From the human T2T-CHM13v2.0 reference genome, Homo sapiens, in the NCBI RefSeq assembly GCF_009914755.1, contig NC_060935.1: a stretch of 64,000 nucleotides of DNA; one strand, written 5' to 3'. The number at the start of each line of letters is the position of its first letter. The first letter of the stretch is position 1. Position numbers and translations under genes: made by a program. The notes under the pieces are model-generated. The model saw nothing but the letters and a program-made list of their open reading frames with translations, ran no database searches and was not told the DNA's origin. Below, one piece after another: positions 1 to 61,030 of the stretch.

Positions 1-179
1 TCCAGCCCTGAGGTCAGGTCCTCCCGGGGGGGCAATTGCAGAGCCCACCGCAGGTCCAGGCCTGAGCTTCTCTGTGGGCTCTGTCCCCAGTGGGGGCCCC
101 TGGGCAGGCCACCCCCTCATTTGAGAGTCGGGAATGGGTTCCTCCCCAGAGCTGACCTCCCGCCCGCCTCCTTCCGCAG

Positions 180-30784
<30,605 letters not shown>

Positions 30785-31326
30785 GAACGTTCTGCCTCCA
30801 TCCCCATGCTCTGTCCACCTGGAGCCAGGATGTGCATTGTCTGATCATGAAAACCTTGGGCCTCCTCTGCGGAGCCCCCCGGCCTGTGTGTGGCACCCCG
30901 CGCTCCGTGCTCCTGCTGCCCACCCCGTGGGTGAAACCGGCCCCAGAAGGGTGAGGGGCCAGCAGGACCCCTTTCGGGAGGGCGCCACTCAGGAGTCCTA
31001 CCCTGGGAGAGCCTGTGGCCCACCTTGGCCTTGCCCCTCCCTGATGTCACTGGGACGCCCTGGAACAAACTAAGCATGTGCGGGCCTATGTGTCCCTGCC
31101 ACGGCCGGAGCGCCCGCGCAGCACGGATTCCAGCTGGCCACGTCCGGCCGCTGGGGCAGACAGGCTGGTCCAGGCAAGGCCAGCTGCTGCCAGGAAGCTG
31201 CGACAGGCAAGGCGGCCGCCTGTCCATGCCTGCTGCAGGGTAACTCAGGGCTGAGGTCGCAACGGCCAGGTCAGAGAGGGGTCAGCATCCCAAAGCCCCC
31301 TCTGCTCAACCCAGCCCAGTTTTGCA

Positions 31327-31332
31327 AATAAA
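31327..31332 (+). terminator. MUC5B polyadenylation signal AATAAA
   Basis: First AATAAA after the stop (~540 nt downstream), followed by a T/GT-rich element (gtttcctgtcctgacgtcttttcttg). Confidence 0.85.
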
Positions 31333-31907
31333 CCCTGAGCATTGAGTACGTTTCCTGTCCTGACGTCTTTTCTTGCCTACCGTCTTTCCCAGGCTGTCCA
31401 GGTCCTCTGTGGGCTGCTTGCCTGGGGCCTGCAGGCTGGAGGACACATCCGGGGGGCAGTCCAGGACCCCCAGCAGCCACTGAAGGACCAGGAAGCCTCT
31501 GGGAAGGCCAGGCAGGGTGGGGGACAAGGAGCCGCTTGGTCATCCACATGCCCCTGTGGGCACCCCGAGAGTCAGTCTTGGGCTGTGGGAGCACTGCCCA
31601 GGGGACAGGGGGCAGGGGGCCGCCAGGACTCAGAGGTCACCCCGGCTGTTATTTCCAGTGTAGGGGATTGTGTGAGGAAACCAGCTCATGTAGGAAGATG
31701 GAGGCAGTCAGTGGGGCAAGCAGGCGACCAGGCCCGGTCAGCGGGGAGGCAGCTGCCCCCCAGGGCAGGTGCACGGAGCCAGGTGCAATGCTCCCAGGCT
31801 GGTGCTGGGCCCTGCGGGGCCGCCTTTCACCCTGTTCCACGCGCACCTCTCCGGGAATGCTTTCCTTGGGGCACTTGCTACGCAAGCGACACGTGAGCTT
31901 GCTGGCT

Positions 31908-31994
31908 TCCTGTCCCGCCTCCTGTCCCGCCTCCTGTCCCGCCTCCTGTCGCGCCTCCTGTCCCGCCTCCTGTCCCACCTCCTGTCCCGCCTCC
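31908..31994. repeat. 12-bp tandem repeat (TCCTGTCCCGCC)x7
   Basis: Direct reading. Confidence 0.9.
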
Positions 31995-33022
31995 ACACGC
32001 ACGGGCAGGGCTTTCTGCCCTTCCTTTCTATTGCTCTGTCCAGAGCAGAGAGCACCCGGTGCAGACAGCAGGGTATCGGGGAGCCTGTGGGATGGGTGGG
32101 GTCAGCAGCTGGGGCTGCAGGTGTGGGCAGGGAAGACAGTGAAGGTGGTGCCAGCCAGGACCTAGGCATAGCGGGATGCAGGGAGCTTTGGACACAAAAT
32201 GACCTCCTACTGGGCAGGGGGTGGCTACAGGCAGACCGTGGCCTGGGGAGACAAAAGCAATGCTCGTGCCTGGCTGCAGAAGCCTGTGGTGTGGGTGCAG
32301 AGCGGGGCCTTCCCCACACCGGGGCCTGCCTCTGCCCTGTGCCCTTGGGTGGGTCCTGCCCTGCCCAGGAAGTGATGCCATCACACTGTACATTTACAGA
32401 GCTCCCAGCTCCTGGGGGCCCAGCCAGGCCCCTGCCAGCGCTCCAGAGCTCCAGCCTCTCCTGCCCTCCTTGCCGAGGCCCAGCAGGGCCAGCCACCCCA
32501 GGACTGGGCTGGAGATAGGCAGGGGCCTGACAAGGTTGCAGGTGGGCTCTGGTGGGCGGTGGGCTAGGTTGGTCACCACTGGGGTGAGCTTCTATAGGTT
32601 TACCCTGCGTCTCCGAGGCTGATTGTCTGGAGGTTGCGCCAGGTCACTGCCTGACCTGGGTCTGCATTCCGCCACGTGTAAACAAATGGTTTCCGAAACC
32701 TCAGTCATTCCCATGGTGCGATGGTTTCCTTAGACCCATTTATGTCGGTGTATGGGTACAAGCACCCCTCTCAGAGGCCCATGCTGTGCTGTCTCTGTGC
32801 CCCAGAACCGTATCATTCAATCCTGACAATACCCTGTGTGGTGTCTGCTATTGTGTCTCCCACTCCACAGATGGGAACACTGAGGCACAAAGCAATGAAA
32901 AGGTGTGGTTCTGTCAGGGGGAAAGCTGGGCTCACATCCAGGCAGCCCAAGTCGAGGCCACACTCAAAACCACAGGGCTCTGCAATGCCCCAGAGCAAGT
33001 AACTATAAAAATAAACACAGTG

Positions 33023-33372
<350 letters not shown>

Positions 33373-33577
33373 TTAAAGACGTTTTAAAAGGGATTTCTGG
33401 TTTCCAGATGGAAAAGTGGGCCTGTCTTCCCCTACAGACACAGAAACTGTGACAATGATAGAAAGAAACTTTAAAATAGCAGCAATTGAAAACAAGAAAC
33501 TAAATCATCTGCAAAGCCAGCAGATATCCCGAAAAGGAAACATTTGGGAAGTGCTGAGAGGGGGGCCCAAAACTTTT

Positions 33578-33906
33578 TGTATGAGGCCATTCTCGCACTG
33601 CTACAAAGAAATACCTGAGACTGGGTAATTTATAAAGAAAAGAGGTTTAACTGACTCACAGTTCTGCCTGGCTGAGGAGGCCTCAGGAAACTTACAATCA
33701 TGGTGGAGGGTGAAGCAGAAGCAGGCACTTTCTTCACAAGGTGGCAGTAGAGAGAATGAGACCTAGCAGGGGAGATGCCAGATGCTTAGGAAACCACCAG
33801 ATCTCGTGAGAATTCACTCACTATCACGAGAACAGCATGGGGGAAACCACCCCCATGATCCAATCACTCCCAGTGTCCCTCCCATGACATGTGGGGATCA
33901 TGGGGA
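33578..33906 (-). mobile_element. THE1C/D- or MSTA-type LTR, interrupted by a younger THE1 provirus
   Basis: tgt...gaaatacctgagactgggtaatttataaagaaaagaggttt...; breaks off at 33906. Confidence 0.8.
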
Positions 33907-36494
<2,588 letters not shown>

Positions 36495-36589
36495 CTTTTC
36501 TTTATAGAAAATGGGCATTCAGCCTGAAACCACCAAGCAGCTCAGAGATGCTAACATCCTGAAGGAGAGCAAACGCTCCATCAGTAGAG

Positions 36590-37080
36590 AAAGACAAAGG
36601 CAATGTGCTCAAGCTATCAGGTTTAATAGAGGATTTGGAGGACAGATCTGGAAATCTCAACGCTTTTTCTAGTGAGCCACAAAAGGAAAGAATAGAGAGA
36701 ATGGAAGAGAGGCCATATTTTCAGAACCGAAAACATGACGTCTTTGTTAGGCTCAAAGCTTTCAATGAGTGCCAAGACAGGCCAAGCAAAAATACACCCA
36801 AGAGAAAGAGAAAACCTCAAAGCCACCAGAAAGACAAGGCAGTTCACCCACAAAGGCATGAGAACCAGACAGGTATCTGGTTTCTCATTAGTAACACTGG
36901 ATGCAGCAAGATGGTGCCATGGTATTTTTCAAAGCGCTGAGGGAAGGTAAATCAACACAGAATTCTATTCTATTCCAACCAGACTGTCATTTAAGAGTGA
37001 CAAGGACATTTCTGACATACAGGGACTGAGAAGGTCACTTCCCACAGATCCTCTGTGAATGAGCTACTAACAGAGGTGGC
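36590..37080 (+). mobile_element. Ancient L1M ORF1 remnant
   Basis: A-rich, degenerate L1 ORF1-like text (aaagagaaaacctcaaagc..., ggtatttttcaaagcgctgagggaa, agaattctatt). Confidence 0.55.
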
Positions 37081-37119
37081 CAGCGGCCAAGTGCAGTCAC
37101 ACGCATGCCATAATGGTGA

Positions 37120-37453
<334 letters not shown>

Positions 37454-37700
37454 TACATGCCCTGTTATATCCGAATAAGAAACGCACCTAACAGAAATCC
37501 ACAGGTCACAATACAGAAGTTGCTAACTTTAGCGACTCAATCCTTCGTGGTTAGTGCCTGTTGGTCTTATTTAAGAAAACCCTTCTCTGCCCTGGGATCA
37601 GGAATGCTGTCTTCTGAATTATTTCCTAAAAGCTCTGCAATTTTGCCTTCTGCCTTTACATTTTGAATCCACCCAGAACTGGTGTATGAAAGTGGCATGA

Positions 37701-38489
<789 letters not shown>

Positions 38490-39254
38490 TTGATATCTAT
38501 TTGAGCAAGCTTTCACATTTTGTGCTTCTTTTACAAGAATGTCTTGACTCTTCCTAGCTATTCAGAATTAACTTATCAAGCTTTACAAAAAACAGTACAA
38601 CAAAACGGGGCTTGCTGGGACTTTGGGATTATACTGACTAAATTAATTTGAGAGAAGCTGACATCTTTACATATTGACTATTTCAATCCATGAACATTGT
38701 ACATCTCCACCCTCCATCCCCACAAGACCACCTGGACTGAAGCTTAACTTTGCTGCAATAGCCTCTCTGGGTTCGCCTTTCCTTTGTCATCTTTTCAAAA
38801 ACTCCAGGAAGAATTTAAAAACATGATATCCATCATTTTGGGCTGTTTTCAGTGAGATGGTCTCAATAAATCCACCTTGCTGGATTTCTGGGATGAGGTG
38901 TCCCCTTTCAAGAGAGGATACAGGCCTCAGAGGTATAGCAGTACCTATCAGTTCTGCCCACGCACACCCTGTAAGGGGCCAGCTGTGCTGTGGCCACATC
39001 AAGGGGCTCTGGAGGCTCCTGTGAGGGGGCCGCCTGAGCTGCTGTAAACCCACCCCTTGGGGCTGTGCACCTGCTCCAGTGAGTGTCTGCAACACAGAGA
39101 CACCCCTTGGCTTCTAATGACCTCTGGCCAAAGCTCTCCTGGGAGAGGCCTCGGGACTCTGCCAGCACTGGTTGATGTGCCCAGGTCCTGTGGTCCCCAC
39201 TGAGAGGACTGAGGCTCTGCGGGCAGAGGAAGGTTCAGTCCTGCTCCCCCTCCC

Positions 39255-39445
39255 CGTGGAGCCTGTGACTGGACACACTTTCTCTGAGCTCACTCTCTTG
39301 GGTGGGACCAGCTGCATCCCTGGAGCCTGTGACTGGACACACTCCGAGCTCACTCTCTCGGCTGGGACCAGCTGCATCCCTGGAGCCTGTGCCCACACAC
39401 ACTCTCTCTGAGCTCTCTCTCTCAGCTGGTACCAGCTGCATCCCC
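39255..39445. repeat. ~62-bp repeat x3 (GGAGCCTGTG...ACCAGCTGCATCCC)
   Basis: ACCAGCTGCATCCC occurs three times. Confidence 0.8.
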
Positions 39446-41159
39446 CTGGCTCCATTTCCTCTCCATAGTCAAGGAGAACATGTCTACAGCATCATGAGGA
39501 AGAGCTTAATGATGAGGTGTCTGTGCTGAAGACCATCCTGCCTCTGTGGGTCCTTACCTGGCCCTTGGCCCTGCCCTCTGAGACTCTGGGGCCAAGGGCT
39601 GAGTCTCAGCTCCTGAAACTTTTCTCTTCCCATGCCCCAGCCCTGGATGCAGGATCCAGCTGGGGCCCTGCTGTCCTTCCCTCTGGAACCCTGGTCCTGG
39701 GCCTTGGGAGTCCCTGGCCCACCAGAAAGGACCCTGACCCATCGCTACATGCCCGGCCTGGTGGGCCAAGTGCATTCTGTCAGGGCTCCTCCAGCCCTGC
39801 TGACGCCTGGACGCAGCCGTCGGGGTGAACCCGTCTCCACGGCCAGGCTCAACAGAGGGAAGGGGCTTGGTCTGGGTTGGGAGCCAAGAGGCAGTAGAAA
39901 GCCCAGAGGCTGTCGCCATTCACTGAGGGTGGAGGGATGGGGCAGCCTGGGTGGGTCCTCACCTGTTCCAGAACTCAGGACCTGGCCTTCTGGCCCAGGT
40001 TCTCTGCACTCAGCAACTTGTGCGAAACTTTATCCTGCAAGGGGTGATTGTGGTGTTTGTGGGAAGCGAGCAGCTCTCTGGCCACAACTTTCCCTCGGTT
40101 CTGGGTGACCCTGGGGACCTCCCTCCTCATTTCCCCCGAATCTGCTCCCTAGCTGAATGGAGGCCATCGAGGTCTTCAGGACCCTTCCAGCCTCTTCTGG
40201 GGCCCAGAACAGGCACTGAGGAGGCAGAGGGAGCCGGCCTGGGGCAGCAGGGCCTGGAGTGGTGTATGGTGAGTCAGCAGAGAAGGCCAAGTCTCACCCA
40301 CTCCACAAAGCGAGCAGGGGCCGTGGGGAGGGCCCTGGGGGAGCCTCGGGTCCTCCGAGAGGCGGAGCCCACTGCAGCCCCTCCTGCCTGCACTGGGGCA
40401 AACGCCTCACGCTGGGCACAGCTCAGCCTGCCGGTCATAATCACAAACCCGTGTCATGCCTCGAGGAAACTCATGCTGAGTTTGTGACGTCTGCACTGAC
40501 ATTTTCGCTGTTTCTCACTTTTCCATTTTATCTTAAGTGAGCTTTATTGCTTTAACTTTAGTGATACCTGACAGTTAACAGGCACAGGAGATAAGTTTCT
40601 TTCAGTGACACTGCAAATGAGTAAGAAGGGGTTTCCTACGGGGTCAGGTGTCATGCTTTGCACAGCGATGCCCACCAGCACGTTCAAGGGAAGGCAGATG
40701 TTTCAAGCCTGACTCTCACACTCAGCAGTGAGGCCGGCTCTGTGTCGGGGAGTGTGGCACCAGCATTTTATTTTTGAGGCTAGAAATTTAAGGTAACAAG
40801 GCCTTTGCCAAGCTCTGGGAAAAGCCACGCACCGGCAGGCCTTCCTTTTCTGTTCCCTACCTGGCACTTTCTGTTTTGAGTAAAACTTGGTATCAAGGTT
40901 TTGCTCCCAAAACCGTTGCTCTGCAGAAATCTACAGTTCAAAGAGACGCTTTGAACACTGTTTTCAAAACTAAAATCCAAGAAAAGTGTCCGCCCTTTGC
41001 TCAGCGGCAGGAACCAGGCTGAGAGGGCTCTTCTCCACTCCAGCTGGGAAGGAGGGATCTGGGAGCCGCGTTTGGGACCCCCCCCAGCCTGGGGCACCCT
41101 GCTGGTGCTGCGGGTCCCTTTAGTCTCGGAGGCCCCGGGGACGGGGACCAGGGGACCTC

Positions 41160-42050
41160 GTTCATTTCAGCACTTCCTGGGGCCACCGCGCAGGGCTGAG
41201 CCTCCCACCCACACAGAGCACTTCCAGTGGGGTGCGGGGCGCCGGAGGGGCCGCGGCAAAGGCCCCAGAGGACACGCAGGGCCCGGGCCACCCCCTGCAG
41301 GGTCTCTGCCCGTTTCTCCAACCAAGGGTCGCTGGGAGGTTTGGGATGCACCGCGGTCTGACTGGGTCCCAGGCCGCCTTCCGCTGGGAGGGAGCAGGAC
41401 CCCGCCTCGCAGCCCCTTCCCACCCCCGAAGCGGGTCCCCAGGACCGGCCCTGCTCCTCTCACCGGCACCCGCGGCGCCCCGGCCTGCAGCACCCCAGGG
41501 TGGGCGCTTCCCGTGTCTGGGTGGGGAGGCGAGGAGGGCCCTAGAACCCCCCCCGCCCCCGCCCTGCACACCCCCCCGCCCCTCCCCAATCTCATCCCCC
41601 AGCGAGGGCCTGGGATGCTGCGGCAGGGTGGAGGGAAAGAGAAGTCGTCTCTTTCGGAGCCAGGTAACCATGGAAACCTCGAGAAGGCTGGAAACCCCCG
41701 GAGTTCAGGGACCCGCAGGCGGCCAGCGACCCCCTCACCCCTCAGCGCAGCGGCCCCCGGGGGGTCCGCACGATGGATGCGCGCGTGGGAAGCTACTTTC
41801 CCCGAGTTCATTAAATGAGCTCTGAACAAGCCTATCCGGAAGAAGTTCCTTGGTAAGTCCCAACACGAACAGCCAGGAAGCCTCTAGAAGGAGAAGCCGG
41901 GCGCGGGCCAGGCCTGCGGGAATGCAGGAGGAGGGGGTGCCGGGAAGGCCAGGCCGGGCCCAGGGATCCGGGGGCTGCGAACGCGCCGCACAGTGAGGGT
42001 CGGTCCATCCTGCGCAGCGGGCCTGGTGCCTCCAGTGGGGTCCGTGATGA
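41160..42050. promoter_or_regulatory. Intergenic CpG-island-like, GC-box-containing segment
   Basis: CpG- and GC-dense (gcgcgcg, ccccgcccccgccc) against AT-rich repeat flanks; values not computed. Confidence 0.65.
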
Positions 42051-42391
42051 AGGGCAAAAAAAAAAAAAAAAAAAAAAAGGAAAATACGTGAGAGAAGAGC
42101 CTTTCAAACCTGAATGTGGAAAAACTTTCCTAATGATAAACAGAAATCCAGGAACGATAAGGAAAAAGATGAACACGTGACAACATTAAAAAAGAAAATT
42201 TTACACGGGACAAAATCATTAGCAACATAAACAAATGATAAAGCAGGGAAAGAACGTGCAGTGTATATCGCGCAGTTACCGTCTATAACGTGAAAAGAGC
42301 CGAGGAGACAAAAGAAAAAGGCAGCCCCACGGGAAACACGGGCCCGGAATGCAAGGCTGTGCTCAAACTCGCTCCTAAAAAAAGAAATCCT

Positions 42392-42885
<494 letters not shown>

Positions 42886-43549
42886 TCAGGAGTCCCACGC
42901 CCAGGGGTCTTTTCCACAGAAGAACTGATGCCATCAGTCATAGCCACAGAGGTAACGGCTGGAAGTTTGCTGTGGAGTCAACACTGCAGAAAGGCCACAT
43001 TCAGGTGGAGGCAGGGAACCGGCGGGCATGCCTCGGGGGTTGGGCAGCAGAGAGGGGGCAGACACCCCACCGTGTCCATGGACGCTCCAGCAACGCGTCC
43101 GTGCCCGGGTGCCAGGGTGGCTCGGGGTCTCTAGAGTGCTGCTCACATTTATGGGCGCTTTGCTCCCTAAGCATGAGCCAGTCATCACTAGGGGCTCAGA
43201 CTCCTGAGATGGGGGTGCCACGGTCCCAGTGGGCTCTCTCAGAACGGGGTCGTGTTCCACGCTCACTCCCAGATGGAAATGGCCTGGAAATGAAAAGGCA
43301 CCACAGAACCACCCAGTGGGGAGAGGGTGCCTGGGCTGGAAGAGCAGACCCACGCCCACTGCCACTGTTGAGGGAGGAGCACCTGGGACTTCCCTCCTCT
43401 AATTCAATCTGGGAAGCAAAGGCCAGGCTTGGTCTGAAGGTGTAAGGTTCCTGCTCCCAGTCTGTTGACGAGTGAACTCTGATTCTGACTGATTCGTTAC
43501 TCCTGCGTATTGTGAATTAAGTTAAAAAATACTCGGGAACAAACATGGT

Positions 43550-46216
43550 AAACCTTCCCTTAAAGGACTTTATTTCTCTATTTTTATATGGATCATTTAT
43601 TAAATTAGAAGACTAAAAAGTAAAAATATATTTTACAATCAAAGAAAAATCTGGACAATGGACCCCAGTAAAATAATCAGAAGCGCACGTTCTGAGACCA
43701 CTCCTGCCTGGCACCCTGCAGGGTAGCGCCCAGGGAGCATCTGCAGAGGGGAGAGGAGAGGAGGGGGAGCCTCCGGCGACCTGTCTTCTATCTCCGGAGC
43801 CCCGCCTGAGGCTCCAAGATGGCACAGTCAGGCTGTCCTTAGTGACCGCTGCCACGGAGCTGGCGATCGGCCTGCATCTTCAAACCCAGGAGCAGGAGCA
43901 GCAGAGGCTGGCAAGGCCTGGGCCCTCAGACACCAGGGGCCTAAACCCAGCTCCCAAACCCACTGCAGCCTCCCCTTGTGAGCTGGCAGACAAGCCTGTC
44001 CTTCTGAGTGTGACGACCTCATCCACACCTGACACAGGCGGGGGCGGGGGAGGGTGGGGGTTGTGAACCAGCTAATTCTGGGGACCGCTCGGAGGGGCTC
44101 AGCAAGCTGCTTCTACAGTAAGCCACTTCTACAGTAAGCCTTCAAACAGGAAATAAAGCATAAAATGAAGGAAAGAAGAATCTTATTTAATTAAAGGCCT
44201 TGCAAAATGTGATTTGTCTATTAAAAAAATAAAGCGCTTGTGAAAAAGAAAACTAAGAGATGGCGGCAAGCGTGGTCATCGGCAAAGGGTTGCTCTCCCT
44301 CCAGCGAGGCTGGCCCCCACTGTGTGGGTCCCTCGGGCCCCCACACGGGCTGCTCAAGGGCTGGCAGCAGGGGCCACGTCCTCTCTAGGAGACACCCACA
44401 GAGCCACATGTGCACGCGTGTGGCAGTCTCACTGCACCCCAGCAACGCGAAGGCAGAAACCGGTGCTGGTGGCCACACCTGGGCGCCTGGACACCGAAGC
44501 CCCCAGCACAGTGAGGCCTCTGAGTGTGGCTTGTGGTCTGTCCTGGGTTAGAGTTGTTAATATCACGGAACATACCATCTAGAACGTTCCAGTCCCGCCT
44601 GACACCTTCATTCCCAATGGAGAAGAAATCTACACAGGCGTAAGACCAGGCCATCTGAGACAGGGAATCCCAGGGGCCCCTCCGTCTGAGTGGTCGGCGT
44701 CTGCTGAACAAATACCATGTCTTTCTTCTTCAAAGGATCAAAGGCCTTTAGGACCCACAGCTGAAGAAGGCGCCTGCTGCCAGCATGTCCCTCCCCCACG
44801 GCCACCACACACTTCAAGTTTACAAAAATAAATATTTATCAACAGTATATTTGACAAAAACCACCCCCAATCGATGGCAGAAAGCAGTATTTTCTAGCTG
44901 GCACTGAAACTTAACCTATTTTTTTGAGGGAGAAAAAGACTAAAATGTAAGCACTAACTTCCTCCTTCTGCATCTTCCACAGAAGACCCACTTGTGGGCA
45001 TTCTCTTTCTGTCCGTTATCAGTGGGTTTACATCCGAAGGCCGGCGGCAAGACACTTGAACCACAAACACCAGACATGCAGGTGTCTCAATGGCATGCAG
45101 ATTATTTAAAGTGCATCACTTGTGAGAAGCTTCTCAAATTTCTGACTGTCATAACCAGGTGTCACCTAAAATCTGTCCTGTAGGCCAAGATGCTACACGC
45201 AGCGCCCAGGCACTCAGAGGTAAGTGAGCGCCTCCCGCCTCAGAAAGCTTTTACAGGGCCACGCTCGCCAGGCTTTCCTCGCCCACGCTGAACCCACGTC
45301 CTGGGCACAGCAGCTCCCAAGCTGTCAGCAGTCGGCTGGCAGTGCCACCACACCCTCTCGGAATCATGCACAGTGCTGCCTCTATCACCTCTCACCCCAG
45401 CCTCGCAAGGCCTGTTGAGAAGAGAAGCTCCCTGGGAGGACACCCACGGAGCTGGCACGAGCGCAGCAGGAGAGACGGACGGCAGCCTCCGGCGGGCGAA
45501 GGACCCGGCTTCAGATGCCCGCTGGCTGGCAATCAGGCAGAGCCTGGCCAACCGTGCCAGGCCCCCTTCCTCACTCCAGGTGTGGGTTCATTCTGCCTTC
45601 AGGCCGGAGTCTGTCACAAGGCTGGCTGGACAGTGGCCAGGTGAGCCAGGCCAGAGGCCGGCCCCACACCATCCACAGGAAGCTGCTCAGCTCACCAGAC
45701 CCAAGCCCTGGGCAGGGGCCAGGCTCACAGCAAAGCGCGTTAGGGCAAGGGCGTGAGTTTTCGTCTGGGAAGTTCTAAAAAAAACCCACAGTGTGAGGGA
45801 TTGTGTGTGCCTTAAATCAACAGCTCTATTCCAATTACATCACATCACAAAATGCCATGAATGGAATCGGAAGGCGCTCCACCACCTCCAACACCCTGGC
45901 AGAAGCAGCTGCTCTCTACAGCAAGAGCATTTTCCAGAACGGCATGAGAAGGAGAGACGCACGTCCCAGGGACAGGAGAGCGCGCTGAGACCTCCCAGCA
46001 CGAGATGGGAGGGGAGCCCCCGCCCCGTCCTGGACCGCCAGGAACCGAAAACCCACATGCACCCAAGAACAGGTGTGGACGGGGCGGCACAGAAGTCCAC
46101 GGGAGGGGGCGACACGGGTGCTCTTTCACGGGAATCTTGTTGGGACAGCATTCCTTGGGGAGCGCCGGGTCGGCGTGTCCAAAGAGCGGGGGCAAAACGG
46201 CATCGAGGCAGAGGCT
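43550..46216 (-). other. TOLLIP: TOLLIP 3' UTR (~2.65 kb)
   Basis: Runs from the stop to two minus-strand AATAAA signals (43596-43601, 43569-43574); cleavage site estimated. Confidence 0.75.
43569..43601 (-). terminator. TOLLIP tandem polyadenylation signals
   Basis: TTTATT on + at 43569-43574 and 43596-43601 in an AT-rich block. Confidence 0.75.
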
Positions 46217-59668
<13,452 letters not shown>

Positions 59669-60589
59669 TCAGAGTCGCCTGAACACGGCTGTGACCTGCT
59701 TCCCAGGAGGCCAGGAGCAAGAAGAGTGAGCCACAGATGGATCGTGCAGTTCTGAGACAAAGCACGTGGCTCGTCCTTGACAGCAGAAACCTACGACGCT
59801 CACAGACACAGCTGAGGCCGCCACTCACCCACCATGAAGGGCGCACTCTCTAATGCCCTCCTCAGAAGTGGCTGAGGAGGGAAAGAGGAGGAGGTCCCGG
59901 GACAGAGCTGAGAGCCAGAGCATGACATGGAGTGTGAACCTGCCCCCGGAGCATGATGACCCGGGAGAGGTGCATCCTCGCTCTAGGTGAGAGTGAGGAC
60001 ACCTGCTGCACATAATTCAGACGCCACGTGGCTGCTTTCCTCCCTCGTGAAGGCAGCAGCCCTGCCTGTGCTATCGGAGTACGTGGGGTTTTGGGGACTG
60101 GAACTTGTCTTTCTTGTGTCTCCCAATCACAAGGAGCCACATCACATGTAGACCATGAGATTCGACTTCAGGCCAGGTGCTCAGCTGGGCAGGGACATTT
60201 GAGGTCCTCGGGGTGGGAGTGAACGTGTGTTCAGAATAAGACAGAAGACCGTGGCAAGTAAGATGATTGTTCAGCAAACAAACTCAACATGGATGGCAGG
60301 TTCAAATATAAAACCTAAAACTGTAAAACCTTTACAAGAAAAAACCAGGAGAAAAGCCCTCGTAAGCTGGGTTGGGTTCAGCCCTGCAGCTCCGGCTGCC
60401 TGTAAAGCGTCCTGCCTGGAATGCAGACGGCCTCCCTGTACCACTGCCACCCGCTCTCCTGCAGCCAACCCGGCTCACCCCCAGGAGCTGGTGATAGAGA
60501 CCCCGGGAGCCATCCCGGCCCTCCCACCCACATGGAGCCCGCCAGTTCCTCCTTCCCAGTGGAACAGAGTCCAGACACTGCCCCCCGAC

Positions 60590-61030
60590 CCCCTCTGAGG
60601 GAACGGCCAACCTGTCCACACCAACCCCCCTCTGAGAGTACTGCCACCCTGTCCTCACCACCCACCCCCCGAAGGCACGGCCACCCCATCCTCACTGACG
60701 CCCCTCTGAGGGCACGGCCACCCTGTCCTCACTGAACCCTCTCTGAGGGCACCGCCGCCCTGTTCTCACCGCACCCCTCTGAGGGCACGGCCGCCCCGTC
60801 CTCGCTGACCCCCCGCTGAGGGCACGGCCGCCCCGTCCTCGCTGACCCCCCTCTGAGGGCACGGCCGCCCCGTCCTCGCCGACCCACCTCTGAGGGCACG
60901 GCCGCCCCGTCCTCACCGACCCACCTCTGAGGGCACGGCCGCCCCGTCCTCACCGACCCACCTCTGAGGGCACGGCCGCCCCGTCCTCACCGACCCCCGA
61001 GGGCACGGCTGTCCCGTCCACGCCAACCCT
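60590..61030. repeat. 37-bp minisatellite (CTGAGGGCACGGCCGCCCCGTCCTC...), ~12 copies, TOLLIP intron 2
   Basis: GAGGGCAC at 36-37 bp intervals from 60708 to 60966. Confidence 0.92.
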
